Shown: positions 34,099-43,721 of the stretch, in pieces
Position numbering within the stretch: the stretch's first letter is position 1
Layout: each line of letters starts with the position of its first letter
Assembly (NCBI GenBank): GCA_947455195.1
Contig: CANGMI010000005.1
Span: 128,609 to 192,608, forward strand
Direction: 5' to 3'
DNA from: Pseudomonadota bacterium
GTDB lineage: Bacteria > Pseudomonadota > Gammaproteobacteria > Burkholderiales > SG8-39
Length of the DNA stretch: 64,000 bases
Notes under the pieces: model-generated
Database searches by the model: none
Seen by the model: the letters and a program-made list of their open reading frames with translations, nothing else
Told to the model about the DNA's origin: nothing
Program-made: the position numbers and the translations under genes

Positions 34099-35766
34099 AT
34101 GAAACCGGATCCACTGGATCGAAAGCGGTGTCTTGCACCGCATGTGTGCCGAACGGCCAATTCGCGAGACAGGCACGGTCAGCGTCCTGCCCGATCGGGT
34201 CCTCTCCTTGCGATCGCGATGCTCGTCGGCACGCTGCTGGGAGCCTCGATGCCCGGCACCGGCGGCGCGAGGGCGATGGATGGGCCGCCTTCGCCTGTTC
34301 TGCACGCCGGCCCGGGCTCGACCGCGCTCGAGGCGTGCCGTTCGATGACGCTCGAACCACCGATCGAGGTCGTGGTGGGCAAGGCCCGGATGATTGCCGT
34401 GGCTGACCCGGTGGTGCGACTGGTCGTGGGTGGCCCCGGGGCAGGGCTTGGCCGTGGCGGCGCCGTTGGCGATTCGCGCTCGGCCGGATTGCCGCCTGTT
34501 GCCACCGCAGCGGGCTACCCCGGCATGGCGCCCGGGTTTCACGATGGCGTCGCCGATGTCGACGTGGTTCTGGTCAATCCGACTGAGATCTTCCTGCTCG
34601 GACGTCGAACCGGGTCCATGAATCTCGTGCTGCAGGGTCGTGAGGGTCGATGTCGCATGCAGGATGTTCTGGTCACGATCGATACCGCGCCCCTGATCGC
34701 CCAGTTGCGCGAACTCCTGCCCGGGGAGACCGGGGTGCGGGTCAAGGCAGCCGAGAATGCACTGGTGCTGAGCGGTGAAGTGAGCGATGCGACCCGTCTC
34801 GATCAGGTCATGAGCCTCGCGGGCTCCTTCGGGGACGGCAAGCGGATGGTGAATCTGCTGCGCGTGAATGCGCCGCAGCAGGTGATGCTCGAGGTGAAGA
34901 TTGCCGAAGTGAGCAAGACGCTCATCGACAAGCTGGGCGCCAGCACGCGCATCGGGCGGTCGGGCACAAGCGGTGACAATGTGGTGTCGCTCGTGTCCAA
35001 CTTTCTCAGCAACGGGGCCGGCCTGCTCCAGGCCCTGCAACTGGGCAAGGTCGCGATCGGTCTCGATGGTCAGAAGGAAGACGGCCTCGTGCGCGTGCTC
35101 GCCGAGCCGAACATCATGGCCATCAGCGGTCAGTCGGCGAGCTTTCTCTCCGGCGGAAAGCTCTTCATCCCGGTGGCTCAGACTGCGCTCTCGGGCAGTC
35201 CGGCCATCACCCTGGAGGAAAAGGAGTTCGGCATCGGCGTGAAGTTCACGCCGACGGCACTCGATGCGCGTCGCATCAACCTGAAACTCGTCTCCGAAGT
35301 CTCCGACCTGTCTCAGACAGGCTCGCCCTTCACGACGGTGAATGGCGTGGTGTCGGTGATTCCGACCTTCACGGTGCGACGCGCGGACACCACCGTGCAG
35401 TTGAACGACGGGCAGAGTTTCGTGATTGCCGGGCTCATCAAGAACAACGCCACCGAAGCGGTCAAGCGATTTCCCGGCTTGGGCGAGATTCCGGTGCTGG
35501 GCGCACTCTTTCGCAGCAGCGAGTTTCAGAAGGATCAGACCGAACTCATGTTCGTCGTGACCCCGCGCATGGTCCATCCGCTTGCCGAGGTGCCGCCGCT
35601 ACCCACCGATCGCCACATTCTGCCGAGCAGGGCAGATGTCTATCTGAATGGCAGCCTCGAGGGATCACCGTCGACGACCGGGCCGGGCGCTGCTCCGGCA
35701 TCCCCGTCCGTACCTGCCCCTGCCCCCGCCGCCGTATTCCCCTTGGCACCCGCAGGTGCACCGTGA
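34099..35766 (+). CDS. cpaC: Secretin CpaC/RcpA (type II/III secretion system family)
   Basis: QVMLEVKIAEVSK, VLAEPNIMAISGQSASFLSGG and GLGEIPVLGALFRSSEFQKDQTELMFVVTPR. AAGGGGAGGG lies before the ATG at 34099. Confidence 0.9.
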   Translation: MKPDPLDRKRCLAPHVCRTANSRDRHGQRPARSGPLLAIAMLVGTLLGASMPGTGGARAMDGPPSPVLHAGPGSTALEACRSMTLEPPIEVVVGKARMIAVADPVVRLVVGGPGAGLGRGGAVGDSRSAGLPPVATAAGYPGMAPGFHDGVADVDVVLVNPTEIFLLGRRTGSMNLVLQGREGRCRMQDVLVTIDTAPLIAQLRELLPGETGVRVKAAENALVLSGEVSDATRLDQVMSLAGSFGDGKRMVNLLRVNAPQQVMLEVKIAEVSKTLIDKLGASTRIGRSGTSGDNVVSLVSNFLSNGAGLLQALQLGKVAIGLDGQKEDGLVRVLAEPNIMAISGQSASFLSGGKLFIPVAQTALSGSPAITLEEKEFGIGVKFTPTALDARRINLKLVSEVSDLSQTGSPFTTVNGVVSVIPTFTVRRADTTVQLNDGQSFVIAGLIKNNATEAVKRFPGLGEIPVLGALFRSSEFQKDQTELMFVVTPRMVHPLAEVPPLPTDRHILPSRADVYLNGSLEGSPSTTGPGAAPASPSVPAPAPAAVFPLAPAGAP

Positions 35767-35819
35767 TCCCCTCCATTCCCCCGATCGGCGAAGGTTCACC
35801 AGGCCCGGAGTATTCGACC

Positions 35820-36155
35820 ATGCAACTGAGCACCCCTGCTGCGCCCGTTACGCGCATTGTCGCGATCACGCTGCTGGCTCTGGCCGGTTGCACGAGCGTG
35901 ACGCCTCGCTACGACAGCCAGTTTGGTCACAGCCTGCGCCAGGCCAGCGCTGCCCAGACCATCAACCCGACGGCGGGTACCGTGCCTGACCTGGCTGCCG
36001 GGATCGATGGCAAGGCTGCACGAGAGACGATGCTGCTCTACCAGGGCAGTTACCGCAGTCCGCCACCGGTCGTGAATGTCATCAACATTGGCGGGCGCAT
36101 CGGGTCGGCAGCGGGTGCCGGGACGGGTACGCCGGGTGCGAGCCTTGCGCCCTGA
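35820..36155 (+). CDS. Small lipoprotein of the tad locus (possibly DUF3613-like)
   Basis: Lipobox ITLLALAGC. About 110 aa, positioned between the secretin and tadE. The family assignment comes only from memory of similar loci. Confidence 0.55.
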   Translation: MQLSTPAAPVTRIVAITLLALAGCTSVTPRYDSQFGHSLRQASAAQTINPTAGTVPDLAAGIDGKAARETMLLYQGSYRSPPPVVNVINIGGRIGSAAGAGTGTPGASLAP

Positions 36156-36183
36156 GGCCATCTGGCGCAGCAATGCGCGGGCG

Positions 36184-36672
36184 GTGCCTCGCAGCCGCTG
36201 CGATCAGCGCGGCGCGCAGGCAGTCGAATTCGCCTTGCTGCTGCCGTTCTTTCTGGCCGTTCTGCTGCTCGTGATCGACGCCGGTTTCATGGTCTATGAC
36301 AAGGCGCTCATCACCAACGCGAGTCGCGAGGGGGCACGGGCTGCCATGCTCTTTTCGAGCGGCACCTGGGCACAGACCCAGGGCAGTGCGAAGGCCGTGG
36401 TCTGCGCCGCCCTGGGCAACACGCTCATCAACACCGGTACTGGCACCCGCAATGCCGGCTGTACCGGTACCGCCGATCCGGTCATCACCGTCTCCAACGC
36501 GAACAACAACGACCCGCCCCTCTTTGGCGACGCGATCAAGGTGACTGTTGCCTACACCTACCAGGGGCTGTTGCGCAGTCTGATCGCTCCTGCCTCGGGC
36601 GCGGCTGGGTCTGCCACCCCCATCGCCTCGGGCTGGGCGATGACCTCCTCGACCGTGATGATTCATGAATAG
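36184..36672 (+). CDS. tadE: TadE-family pilus assembly protein (pseudopilin-like)
   Basis: QRGAQAVEFALLLPFFLAVLLLVIDAG is the TadE N-terminal motif. An in-frame GTG at 36184 avoids an 80-nt overlap with the preceding gene, whereas the ORF-track start is 36076. Confidence 0.8.
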   Translation: MPRSRCDQRGAQAVEFALLLPFFLAVLLLVIDAGFMVYDKALITNASREGARAAMLFSSGTWAQTQGSAKAVVCAALGNTLINTGTGTRNAGCTGTADPVITVSNANNNDPPLFGDAIKVTVAYTYQGLLRSLIAPASGAAGSATPIASGWAMTSSTVMIHE

Positions 36673-37828
36673 GACCGTCACCATGACGAACCGCGCAAGG
36701 GTTCCGATGGCTAACTCCGAGCAGCCGTCGCCTGCCATCCACCGTCAACGCGGTGCGATGCTCATCACGATGGCGATCTTCTTCGTCTTCATCATCGGTC
36801 TGGTCGCGGTGGCCGTCGATGTGGGCCACCTCGTCATCGTGCGCAACGAGCTGCGAAATGCGGCCGATGCAGCTGCCGTGGCGGGCGCCAATTGTCTCAA
36901 TCGTGTTTCCAACGCGAGCGGGGACGGGTGTACTGCAATCGTTGCCAGCACGTTGAACTGGACCGCTGCCGCTGCCAGGGCGGCGTCCGTGGCAGCGATG
37001 AACGGCACTGACGGCAAAGCCATTGCGGCGGTTACGGTCGCAACCGGCTACAGGAATCTGTCCGGAAATCCGGCCGGATTGCAGCCCGTGACGCTCAGTC
37101 CGATCGGCGCCAATGACTTGCCTGCCGTCCAGGTGACGGTCCGCCGTGCGCAGGGCCTGAACGGCGGTCCGGTGCAAACCCTCGTGACGAGCATGTTCGG
37201 TGGTACGGCTCAGGCATTGAGCGCCACGGCCGTTGCTGTCATTTCAGCGCCGGGCACCGTAGTGGCGGGTACCCTGATTCCGCAGGTGATCAACCAGTGC
37301 CTCTACAACCTGTACTGGAATGCGACCACCAACAGCCCTGCGCTCGCCACCAGCAAGACGCTCAACGGCGTACCGCAGGTGATCGGCCAGCCGTGGGAAA
37401 TCCGCATCGGATCGTCGGCCAAATATCCGAGTTGCGGTTCCGGGCAGTGGACCTCCTTCGAACGCAATGTGAGCGATACCGGGAGCGTGCAGACGCTGAT
37501 CAGAAATGGCAATCCGACGAGTCTTTCAGTGGGTGATTCGATCTGGATCGAGCCGGGGGCGAAGACCACGCTCTACGGTGACCTGTCCACGAAGTACCCG
37601 ACGCCTCCGGGTGCCGATGTGGTGATGCCGGTGGTGGATCTGCCCAACGGTCTTGGGACCACTGCCTCGACACCCATCGTGGGCTTTGCCGGCTTTCACA
37701 TCGACGACATCCAGGGGGATAGCGGCAAGTACATCCAGGGCCACTTCATCACGACGACCGCGGTGAAAGGTGCCAGTGGCAAGGGGTCGTTCTACGGTGC
37801 CTGGGCACCATCGAGGATTACACAATGA
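36665..37828 (+). CDS. tadG: TadG-like pilus assembly protein (Tad N-terminal domain, no obvious VWA domain)
   Basis: QRGAMLITMAIFFVFIIGLVAVAVDVGHLVIVRNELRNAADAAAVAGA matches the TadG/PF13400-type N-terminus. Confidence 0.8.
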   Translation: MNRTVTMTNRARVPMANSEQPSPAIHRQRGAMLITMAIFFVFIIGLVAVAVDVGHLVIVRNELRNAADAAAVAGANCLNRVSNASGDGCTAIVASTLNWTAAAARAASVAAMNGTDGKAIAAVTVATGYRNLSGNPAGLQPVTLSPIGANDLPAVQVTVRRAQGLNGGPVQTLVTSMFGGTAQALSATAVAVISAPGTVVAGTLIPQVINQCLYNLYWNATTNSPALATSKTLNGVPQVIGQPWEIRIGSSAKYPSCGSGQWTSFERNVSDTGSVQTLIRNGNPTSLSVGDSIWIEPGAKTTLYGDLSTKYPTPPGADVVMPVVDLPNGLGTTASTPIVGFAGFHIDDIQGDSGKYIQGHFITTTAVKGASGKGSFYGAWAPSRITQ

Positions 37829-39030
37829 AGATACTTGTCTTGTCCGGCAGTCAGGAGGCCATGTCCCGAGCAGCAGTACGGCTCGAGCACGATGAACCGG
37901 CCTGGCAGGTGCTGGTCCGATCGGGCGCGTTCGACGGCATCGGCCCACTCGTGGACCAGGAATCCCCTGACGTCCTGGTCCTCGAAGATGCCGGCGACAC
38001 CAGCCCCGCGCTGGGCGCAGTCGACGCGATCGTCAGTCGCCACCCCGGATTGTTCGTGATGATGGCCTCCTCCCGCCAGGATACTGAACGGCTGGTAGAG
38101 GTAATGCGCGCAGGCGTTCGCGAGGTGCTTCCCTCACCGCTTGCACTCGAGACTCTCGAGCCGGCGCTGCGCCGGGCTGCTGCCTGGGTCGAGCGTCGGC
38201 CGGGCGTGCAGCGGGGCGATCTGATCGGTTTCATGTCCGCCAAGGGTGGCAGCGGCGCGACATTCATCGCGACCAATGTTGGTTACCAATTGGCTGCCAC
38301 CGGCAGCAAGGTTCTGCTCATCGACCTGAACCTGCAATTCGGCGAGGCACTTCTCAACCTGCATGATCGCAAGGCGCACTCCGATGTGGTGCAACTGGCG
38401 CGCGACCTGCCGCGTCTGGACGCGGCCTTGCTCGCTGCGTCGGTCGTCGCCATCACGCCGAATTTCGGCATTCTCGCAGCGCCCGATGACCCCGGTCAGT
38501 CGCTCGATGTTCGACCGGAGCAACTCGGCGCCATTCTCGATCTGGCGGCAAGACATCATGACTACGTACTCCTCGATCTGAACTGCAGCCTTGACGAGCT
38601 CACGGTGCATGCGCTCGACCGGGTACATCGACTGATGGTCGTGGTCCAGGCGCGCCTCCCCTACTTGCGCAATGCCATCCGGCTGCTGGATGTCTTTCGG
38701 TCTCTGGGCTACTCGTCGGACAAGGTGTCCTGCGTCGTGAACCGCTTCGAGCGATCAAGCGAGATCGGACTTGCACAGGTCCAGGCAGCGCTGGCCGTGG
38801 CGCGCATCCACACGCTGCCCAATGCCTATCAGGATGTCGCACGGTCGATTGATCTTGGTGTTCCCTTCAAATCGATTGCCGATCCGCATCCGGTACAGGC
38901 TGCCATCTGCCGCCTGGCCGATGCGTTGAGGCCTGCCGGCGCCGTGCTGCCACCCAAGCCTGCGGCCGGACTCTTCGCACGCCTGCGCGGCAGCGACCGA
39001 CAGGACGTTCTGGGGGCGGTGGCATCATGA
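37825..39030 (+). CDS. tadZ: CpaE/TadZ-family pilus localisation ATPase (receiver-like N-domain + MinD/ParA-like domain)
   Basis: Deviant Walker A in [20 protein letters not shown] with a receiver-like N-terminus. The ATGA overlaps tadG. Confidence 0.9.
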   Translation: MKILVLSGSQEAMSRAAVRLEHDEPAWQVLVRSGAFDGIGPLVDQESPDVLVLEDAGDTSPALGAVDAIVSRHPGLFVMMASSRQDTERLVEVMRAGVREVLPSPLALETLEPALRRAAAWVERRPGVQRGDLIGFMSAKGGSGATFIATNVGYQLAATGSKVLLIDLNLQFGEALLNLHDRKAHSDVVQLARDLPRLDAALLAASVVAITPNFGILAAPDDPGQSLDVRPEQLGAILDLAARHHDYVLLDLNCSLDELTVHALDRVHRLMVVVQARLPYLRNAIRLLDVFRSLGYSSDKVSCVVNRFERSSEIGLAQVQAALAVARIHTLPNAYQDVARSIDLGVPFKSIADPHPVQAAICRLADALRPAGAVLPPKPAAGLFARLRGSDRQDVLGAVAS

Positions 39031-40406
39031 GGATGACCGACATTCGGGACGTGTTGAAGCGCAACGGCGAGAGTGCACCCTTCATGCCGGTTCCTGCAGA
39101 GCGAAAGCGGGTCGATGGTGGTGCAGACCGCGAGACCTATCTGAAGCTCAAGAGTCGCCTGCACCTGCAGATGCTCGAGCGGCTCGACCTGACAGCGCTC
39201 GAATCGATGACCGAATCGCGACTGCGCCAGGAAATTGCCGCAGCGGTGGGCGCGCTCCTCGAGGCGACGCCGGTGCCGATCAATGAGTCGGAGCGCCGAA
39301 TGCTCGTGCGCGATATCCAGAACGAGATGATCGGGCTCGGATCGCTCGAGTTGCTGATGGCCGACCCTGCCGTTTCCGACATCCTCGTCAATACGGCGCG
39401 TCAGGTCTACGTCGAGCGGGGCGGAAGGCTCGAACTCACGCCCATCACCTTCAATGACGATGCGCATCTCCTGCGGATCATCGACAGGATCGTGTCCCGG
39501 GTAGGCCGTCGCATTGACGAGAGCAGTCCGATGGTCGATGCGCGCTTGCCGGATGGGTCGCGGGTCAATGCCATCATTCCGCCGATCGCGATCGACGGTC
39601 CGGTGCTGTCGATTCGCCGCTTCGCGGCCATCCCCCTGCGCATGGACGATCTGGTGCATCTCCACAAGACGCTCACGCCACCGATGGCGCAAGTGCTCGA
39701 AGGGCTGGTGCGCGCGCGAGTGAGCATGCTCATCTCCGGGGGCACCGGTTCGGGCAAGACCACGCTCCTGAACATACTGTCGGGCTGCATTTCGCCCGGC
39801 GAGCGCATCGTCACCATCGAGGACGCCGCCGAGCTTCAGTTGCAGCAGCAGCACGTCGTGCGGCTCGAGACACGTCCTCCCAACATCGAGGGCAAGGGCG
39901 AGATCAACCAGCGTGCGCTGCTGCGAAACGCCCTCCGGATGCGGCCCGACCGGATCATCATCGGCGAGGTTCGCGCAAGCGAGGTGCTCGACATGCTGCA
40001 AGCCATGAACACGGGTCACGACGGATCGCTCACGACGATTCACGCCAACACGCCCCGCGATGCCTTGTCACGCATGGAGAGCATGGCGAGCATGGCAGGC
40101 CTCGGGCTGCCGAACGAGACGACACGACAGCAGATTGCATCGGCCATCGGCGTCATCGTGCAGGTTGCACGTCTTGCCGATGGCAAGCGCCGCGTGACGA
40201 GCATTCAGGAGATCACGGGCATGGAGGCCGATGTGGTCAGCATGCAGGAGATCTACCGCTACGAGCAGACCGGCATCGATGCCGAAGGTCGGGTGCGAGG
40301 CCACTTTCGTGCCACTGGCGTTCGACCGTCGTTCGTCGACAAGCTCCATGCGCGCGGTGTCGATCTTGCCGAAGACATGTTCGATCCGTCCCGGCGTTTC
40401 GAATGA
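39027..40406 (+). CDS. tadA: CpaF/TadA-family secretion ATPase
   Basis: Walker A is [14 protein letters not shown], and the Asp/His boxes are present ([37 protein letters not shown]). Confidence 0.95.
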   Translation: MRMTDIRDVLKRNGESAPFMPVPAERKRVDGGADRETYLKLKSRLHLQMLERLDLTALESMTESRLRQEIAAAVGALLEATPVPINESERRMLVRDIQNEMIGLGSLELLMADPAVSDILVNTARQVYVERGGRLELTPITFNDDAHLLRIIDRIVSRVGRRIDESSPMVDARLPDGSRVNAIIPPIAIDGPVLSIRRFAAIPLRMDDLVHLHKTLTPPMAQVLEGLVRARVSMLISGGTGSGKTTLLNILSGCISPGERIVTIEDAAELQLQQQHVVRLETRPPNIEGKGEINQRALLRNALRMRPDRIIIGEVRASEVLDMLQAMNTGHDGSLTTIHANTPRDALSRMESMASMAGLGLPNETTRQQIASAIGVIVQVARLADGKRRVTSIQEITGMEADVVSMQEIYRYEQTGIDAEGRVRGHFRATGVRPSFVDKLHARGVDLAEDMFDPSRRFE

Positions 40407-41257
40407 GGGGCTTCATCATGCCGACGCTCGATGGGCCGGTTTTCCTGGCGCTCTTTTCCCTGCTCACCTTCGCTGCGGTCGTGCTCCTGGTGTTCGGCCT
40501 CTGGCTCGGATGGTCTGATACCCATGGTCCGGAGGCGCGCCGCCGCGCCGCGCGCCTGCGCATCCTGCAGCCTGACGTCCAGGTCAACCCGGTGTCCGAT
40601 GCCCGACGCGGCGATGCCGGCAGTCATTCGACCGGATCGGGGGCTCGATACCGGACCGGCTCCTGGGGTGGCATCGCAGCGGCGTTGCGCAGGCTGCGCG
40701 ACTTCGATCCAAGGCGACGGCGCAAGCTCCGGTCGCAATTGCCCGATGCGCTCGACTTCATGGCACGGGCACTTCGCGCCGGGCATGCGCTGCAGTCCGC
40801 CATGAAGATGGCCGGCGAGGAGCTGCCCCAGCCGATCGGCGCCGCGTTTGCCGATACCCATGACGAGATCAAGTTCGGCGTACCGCTCCCGCAGGCGCTC
40901 GAAAGACTCTGCCATCGAGTTCCCGGCCCTGAAACCCGCTTCTTCACCATCGCAGTCATCATTCACCGCGAGAGCGGTGGCAACCTCACCGAAGTCATGG
41001 GCAACCTGAGCCGGCTGATTCGCGAGCGGTTGCGATTTGCCGCACGCGTGAAGGTACTCACCGCCGAAGGCCGGCTGTCGGCCTGGACCCTGGGGCTGAT
41101 GCCTTTCATCCTCGCCGGCCTCATGCAATGGGGCAACCCGGAATTCATCGCAGTGCTGTGGCAAGACCCGCTCGGCGGAGACATCACTCGCGCGACCCTC
41201 GCCGTGATGGCGCTGGGGGGAGTCTGGTTGTGGCGGTTGACCCGGATCCGGGCTTAG
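40403..41257 (+). CDS. tadB: TadB (type II secretion system F family inner-membrane protein)
   Basis: T2SSF domain pattern ([22 protein letters not shown]......P.P....F......+.G.P...AL) with flanking TMs. Confidence 0.9.
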   Translation: MRGFIMPTLDGPVFLALFSLLTFAAVVLLVFGLWLGWSDTHGPEARRRAARLRILQPDVQVNPVSDARRGDAGSHSTGSGARYRTGSWGGIAAALRRLRDFDPRRRRKLRSQLPDALDFMARALRAGHALQSAMKMAGEELPQPIGAAFADTHDEIKFGVPLPQALERLCHRVPGPETRFFTIAVIIHRESGGNLTEVMGNLSRLIRERLRFAARVKVLTAEGRLSAWTLGLMPFILAGLMQWGNPEFIAVLWQDPLGGDITRATLAVMALGGVWLWRLTRIRA

Positions 41258-41267
41258 GAAAGGCACC

Positions 41268-42191
41268 ATGCGCTACCTTGAATACCTGCTGATCGCCGCA
41301 TCAGTGAGCCTTGCGGCGCTGGGTGTCCTCCAGCTCGTGGTGGGCACTCGACTGGAGCGCCGGCTGCGTGCCCTCGCCCCGCCGGCAGCGGAGCGCAACT
41401 GGATCCTGACCGCCGTACAGCTGGTCGGACCCTTCGCGCGTCTGTCCTCGCCCGCGCCGGGCTGGGATTCATCACCCGTCCGGCTGCGCTTTCTTCGCGC
41501 GGGTCTGCGCCAGCCGGCTGCGCCGCTCATTTTCTATGGCCTGAAGACACTCCTCCCGCTGACGCTCGCTCTTCTGGTTGCACCCTTCATCCGGCTGTCG
41601 GGTCTACCCGTATCGGAACCCGGTTTCTGGTTGCTGCTCTCGCTGGCGGCGATGGGCGGTTGCTACCTGCCTGACCTCGGCCTGCGGGTTCTCACCGCAC
41701 GTCGTCACCGGGTGATCTTCGAGGGGTTTCCCGATGCCGCCGATCTCATGCTGATCTGCGTCGAGGCCGGTCTGGGGCTGGACGCCGCACTCATTCGCGT
41801 GGCCGATGAACTGGCCGCTGGCAGCCCGGTCCTCGCGCAGGAGTTGCACCTCACCGTCCTCGAGATCCGGGCTGGCGTGGTCCGCGCCGAGGCGTTGCGA
41901 CATCTGGCCTTGCGGGCAGGCGTCGACGAAATCGGCGTATTTGCCTCCATGCTCGGTCAGTCGGAACGCTTTGGCACGCGCGTCGGTGATGCGTTGCGCA
42001 TCTTTTCCGACGATTTGCGTCAGAAGCGGCAGGTACGTGCCGAGGAACAGGCGGCGAAGGTTTCGGTGCGCATGCTCTTTCCGCTGGTGCTGTGCATCTT
42101 TCCTGCCATCAGCATGGTCGTTCTGGGACCGGCGCTGATACGCATCACGCGAACCCTCCTGCCGATGCTTGCAGGCCAGGGGCTGTCCTGA
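41268..42191 (+). CDS. tadC: TadC (type II secretion system F family inner-membrane protein)
   Basis: Second T2SSF protein, with FPDAADLMLICVEAGLGLDAAL.RV..EL and C-terminal TMs. Confidence 0.9.
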   Translation: MRYLEYLLIAASVSLAALGVLQLVVGTRLERRLRALAPPAAERNWILTAVQLVGPFARLSSPAPGWDSSPVRLRFLRAGLRQPAAPLIFYGLKTLLPLTLALLVAPFIRLSGLPVSEPGFWLLLSLAAMGGCYLPDLGLRVLTARRHRVIFEGFPDAADLMLICVEAGLGLDAALIRVADELAAGSPVLAQELHLTVLEIRAGVVRAEALRHLALRAGVDEIGVFASMLGQSERFGTRVGDALRIFSDDLRQKRQVRAEEQAAKVSVRMLFPLVLCIFPAISMVVLGPALIRITRTLLPMLAGQGLS

Positions 42192-42201
42192 CCGGGACTG
42201 C

Positions 42202-43116
42202 TCAGTCCCGCGCCGGCCAGGGTCCTCCCAGAAGTACCTCGGCGAGGGCTCGCGCAGGGCGTGACAGCGAGGCCACGCGGCGGCATCCGAGCAGCAGTCG
42301 GCGCGTCGCCCATGTCTCGTCGAGTCTCACTTCGGCCAGTTGCATCGAGTGCACATGGGGCAGGGCTGCCGTCCGGGGCAGGACGCCGATGCCGATGCCG
42401 GCAGCGATCATGCGGCACATGGCATCGAAGCTTCTGACCTGAACGCGCACCTTGAGAGATGCCCCCAGGTTTTCGGCTGCCGAGCCAACCAGACGAACCA
42501 GCGAAGCGCTGCGCTCCAGGCCGATGAAGTCGTGCCCGATCACCTCCGCGAATCGCACGCGTTTTCGTCGGGCGAGCGCGTGGTGGCGCGGCAGCAGCAG
42601 AACCAGTTCGTCGACGTTGCAAACGGTGGTTTCCAGTCCGGCGGCCGGGATGTTGTCGGAGAAGATGCCCAGATCGGCAGAGCCGGTGAGCACCGCCCGT
42701 ACCACGGCATCGCTCAGTGCCTCTTCGAGATCGATCTTGGTGTCGGGGTGTTCGGCCAGGTAGCTGCACAGTGCTTCGGGCACCAGACCGTTCACGGCCG
42801 ACGTGTTCACCCACAGCCGGACCTGTGAGGCCACGCCGCGGCCATAGTCGTCCATGGCGAGTGCCAGGCCCTCCAGATCGGCTGCGAGCCGCAGACTGTG
42901 TCGGTAGAGGGTATGGCCGGCATCGGTGGGCGCCACGCCCTTCTTGCTGCGGTCGAGGAGCCGCGTGCCGACACCCTCTTCGAGTTCGAGAACACGCCGA
43001 CTGGCGGCGGCGAGCGAAATGCCGAATCGCGCGGCGCCTGCGGTGAGGCTGCCCGTCTCGACTACCGCTGCGTAGAGACGCAGTGAAACCAGATCGAACC
43101 GGTTCAGGTTGATCAT
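42202..43116 (-). CDS. LysR-family transcriptional regulator
   Basis: MINLNRFDLVSLRLYAAVVETGSLTAGAARFGISLAAASRRVLELEE is a LysR HTH. It is divergent from the IorAB-like genes. Confidence 0.9.
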   Translation of the reverse strand: MINLNRFDLVSLRLYAAVVETGSLTAGAARFGISLAAASRRVLELEEGVGTRLLDRSKKGVAPTDAGHTLYRHSLRLAADLEGLALAMDDYGRGVASQVRLWVNTSAVNGLVPEALCSYLAEHPDTKIDLEEALSDAVVRAVLTGSADLGIFSDNIPAAGLETTVCNVDELVLLLPRHHALARRKRVRFAEVIGHDFIGLERSASLVRLVGSAAENLGASLKVRVQVRSFDAMCRMIAAGIGIGVLPRTAALPHVHSMQLAEVRLDETWATRRLLLGCRRVASLSRPARALAEVLLGGPWPARD

Positions 43117-43247
43117 CGTCCATATCCTCAACAAATCTGCAAGGATAGATCAATCAGAAACACATTTTGCGATGCGCGCCGATTTTGCAGAATCACGCCC
43201 AGCCCGGCCCCTCGGCCGGCCCACGACACAAGATCGCTGGAGGAGCC

Positions 43248-43709
43248 ATGGCACGAATCACCCTGCGCGTGAATGGCGCGACGCAAAGCGTCGACGCTGA
43301 CCCCGATACCCCCTTGCTCTACGTGCTGCGCGACGATCTCGGGCTGCACGGTCCGAAGTTCGGCTGCGGCCTGGGCCAGTGCGGTGCCTGCACGGTACAT
43401 CTGGAGGGAGAAGCCGTCCGCTCCTGTTCGGTGCCGGTGTCGGCCGTCGCTGGCAAGAAGGTCACCACGCTCGAAGGCCTGGGCTCCACCGCGAAGCCGC
43501 ATCCGCTGCAACAGGCATTCATCGACGAGCAGGCGGTGCAGTGCGGCTACTGCATCAACGGCATGATCATGACATCGGCGGCCTTGCTCAGGAAGAACGG
43601 CAAACCGAGCGAGGAGCAGATCCGGGCCGCACTTGCCGGCAACCTGTGCCGTTGTGGCACGCACCAGCGCATCACTGCCGCCGTTCGTCGCGCGGCGCTT
43701 GCGGCCTGA
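43248..43709 (+). CDS. (2Fe-2S)-binding small subunit of a molybdenum hydroxylase (IorA/aldehyde oxidoreductase-like)
   Basis: GCGLGQCGACTV and QCGYCINGMIM...L......CRCGTH are the two [2Fe-2S] motifs. AGGAG lies before the ATG at 43248. Confidence 0.9.
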   Translation: MARITLRVNGATQSVDADPDTPLLYVLRDDLGLHGPKFGCGLGQCGACTVHLEGEAVRSCSVPVSAVAGKKVTTLEGLGSTAKPHPLQQAFIDEQAVQCGYCINGMIMTSAALLRKNGKPSEEQIRAALAGNLCRCGTHQRITAAVRRAALAA

Positions 43710-43721
43710 GGGGAACCAACC

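Noticed and set aside
34024-35577. 517-aa minus-strand ORF across the secretin gene, and similar long antisense ORFs at 38829-40043, 21947-23191, 45734-47119, 48064-49359, 27294-28280, 6813-7874, 52073-53128 and 29261-30265
   Set aside because: Each lies opposite a gene with strong motif support, and none shows a Walker, HTH, signal-peptide or other motif. All have the Arg/Gly/Pro/His bias typical of non-coding frames in high-GC DNA.
36076-36183. ATG start at 36076 for tadE
   Set aside because: This start would overlap the preceding lipoprotein gene by 80 nt and add a 36-aa Arg-rich extension before the conserved TadE N-terminus. The in-frame GTG at 36184 is preferred. This is not certain.
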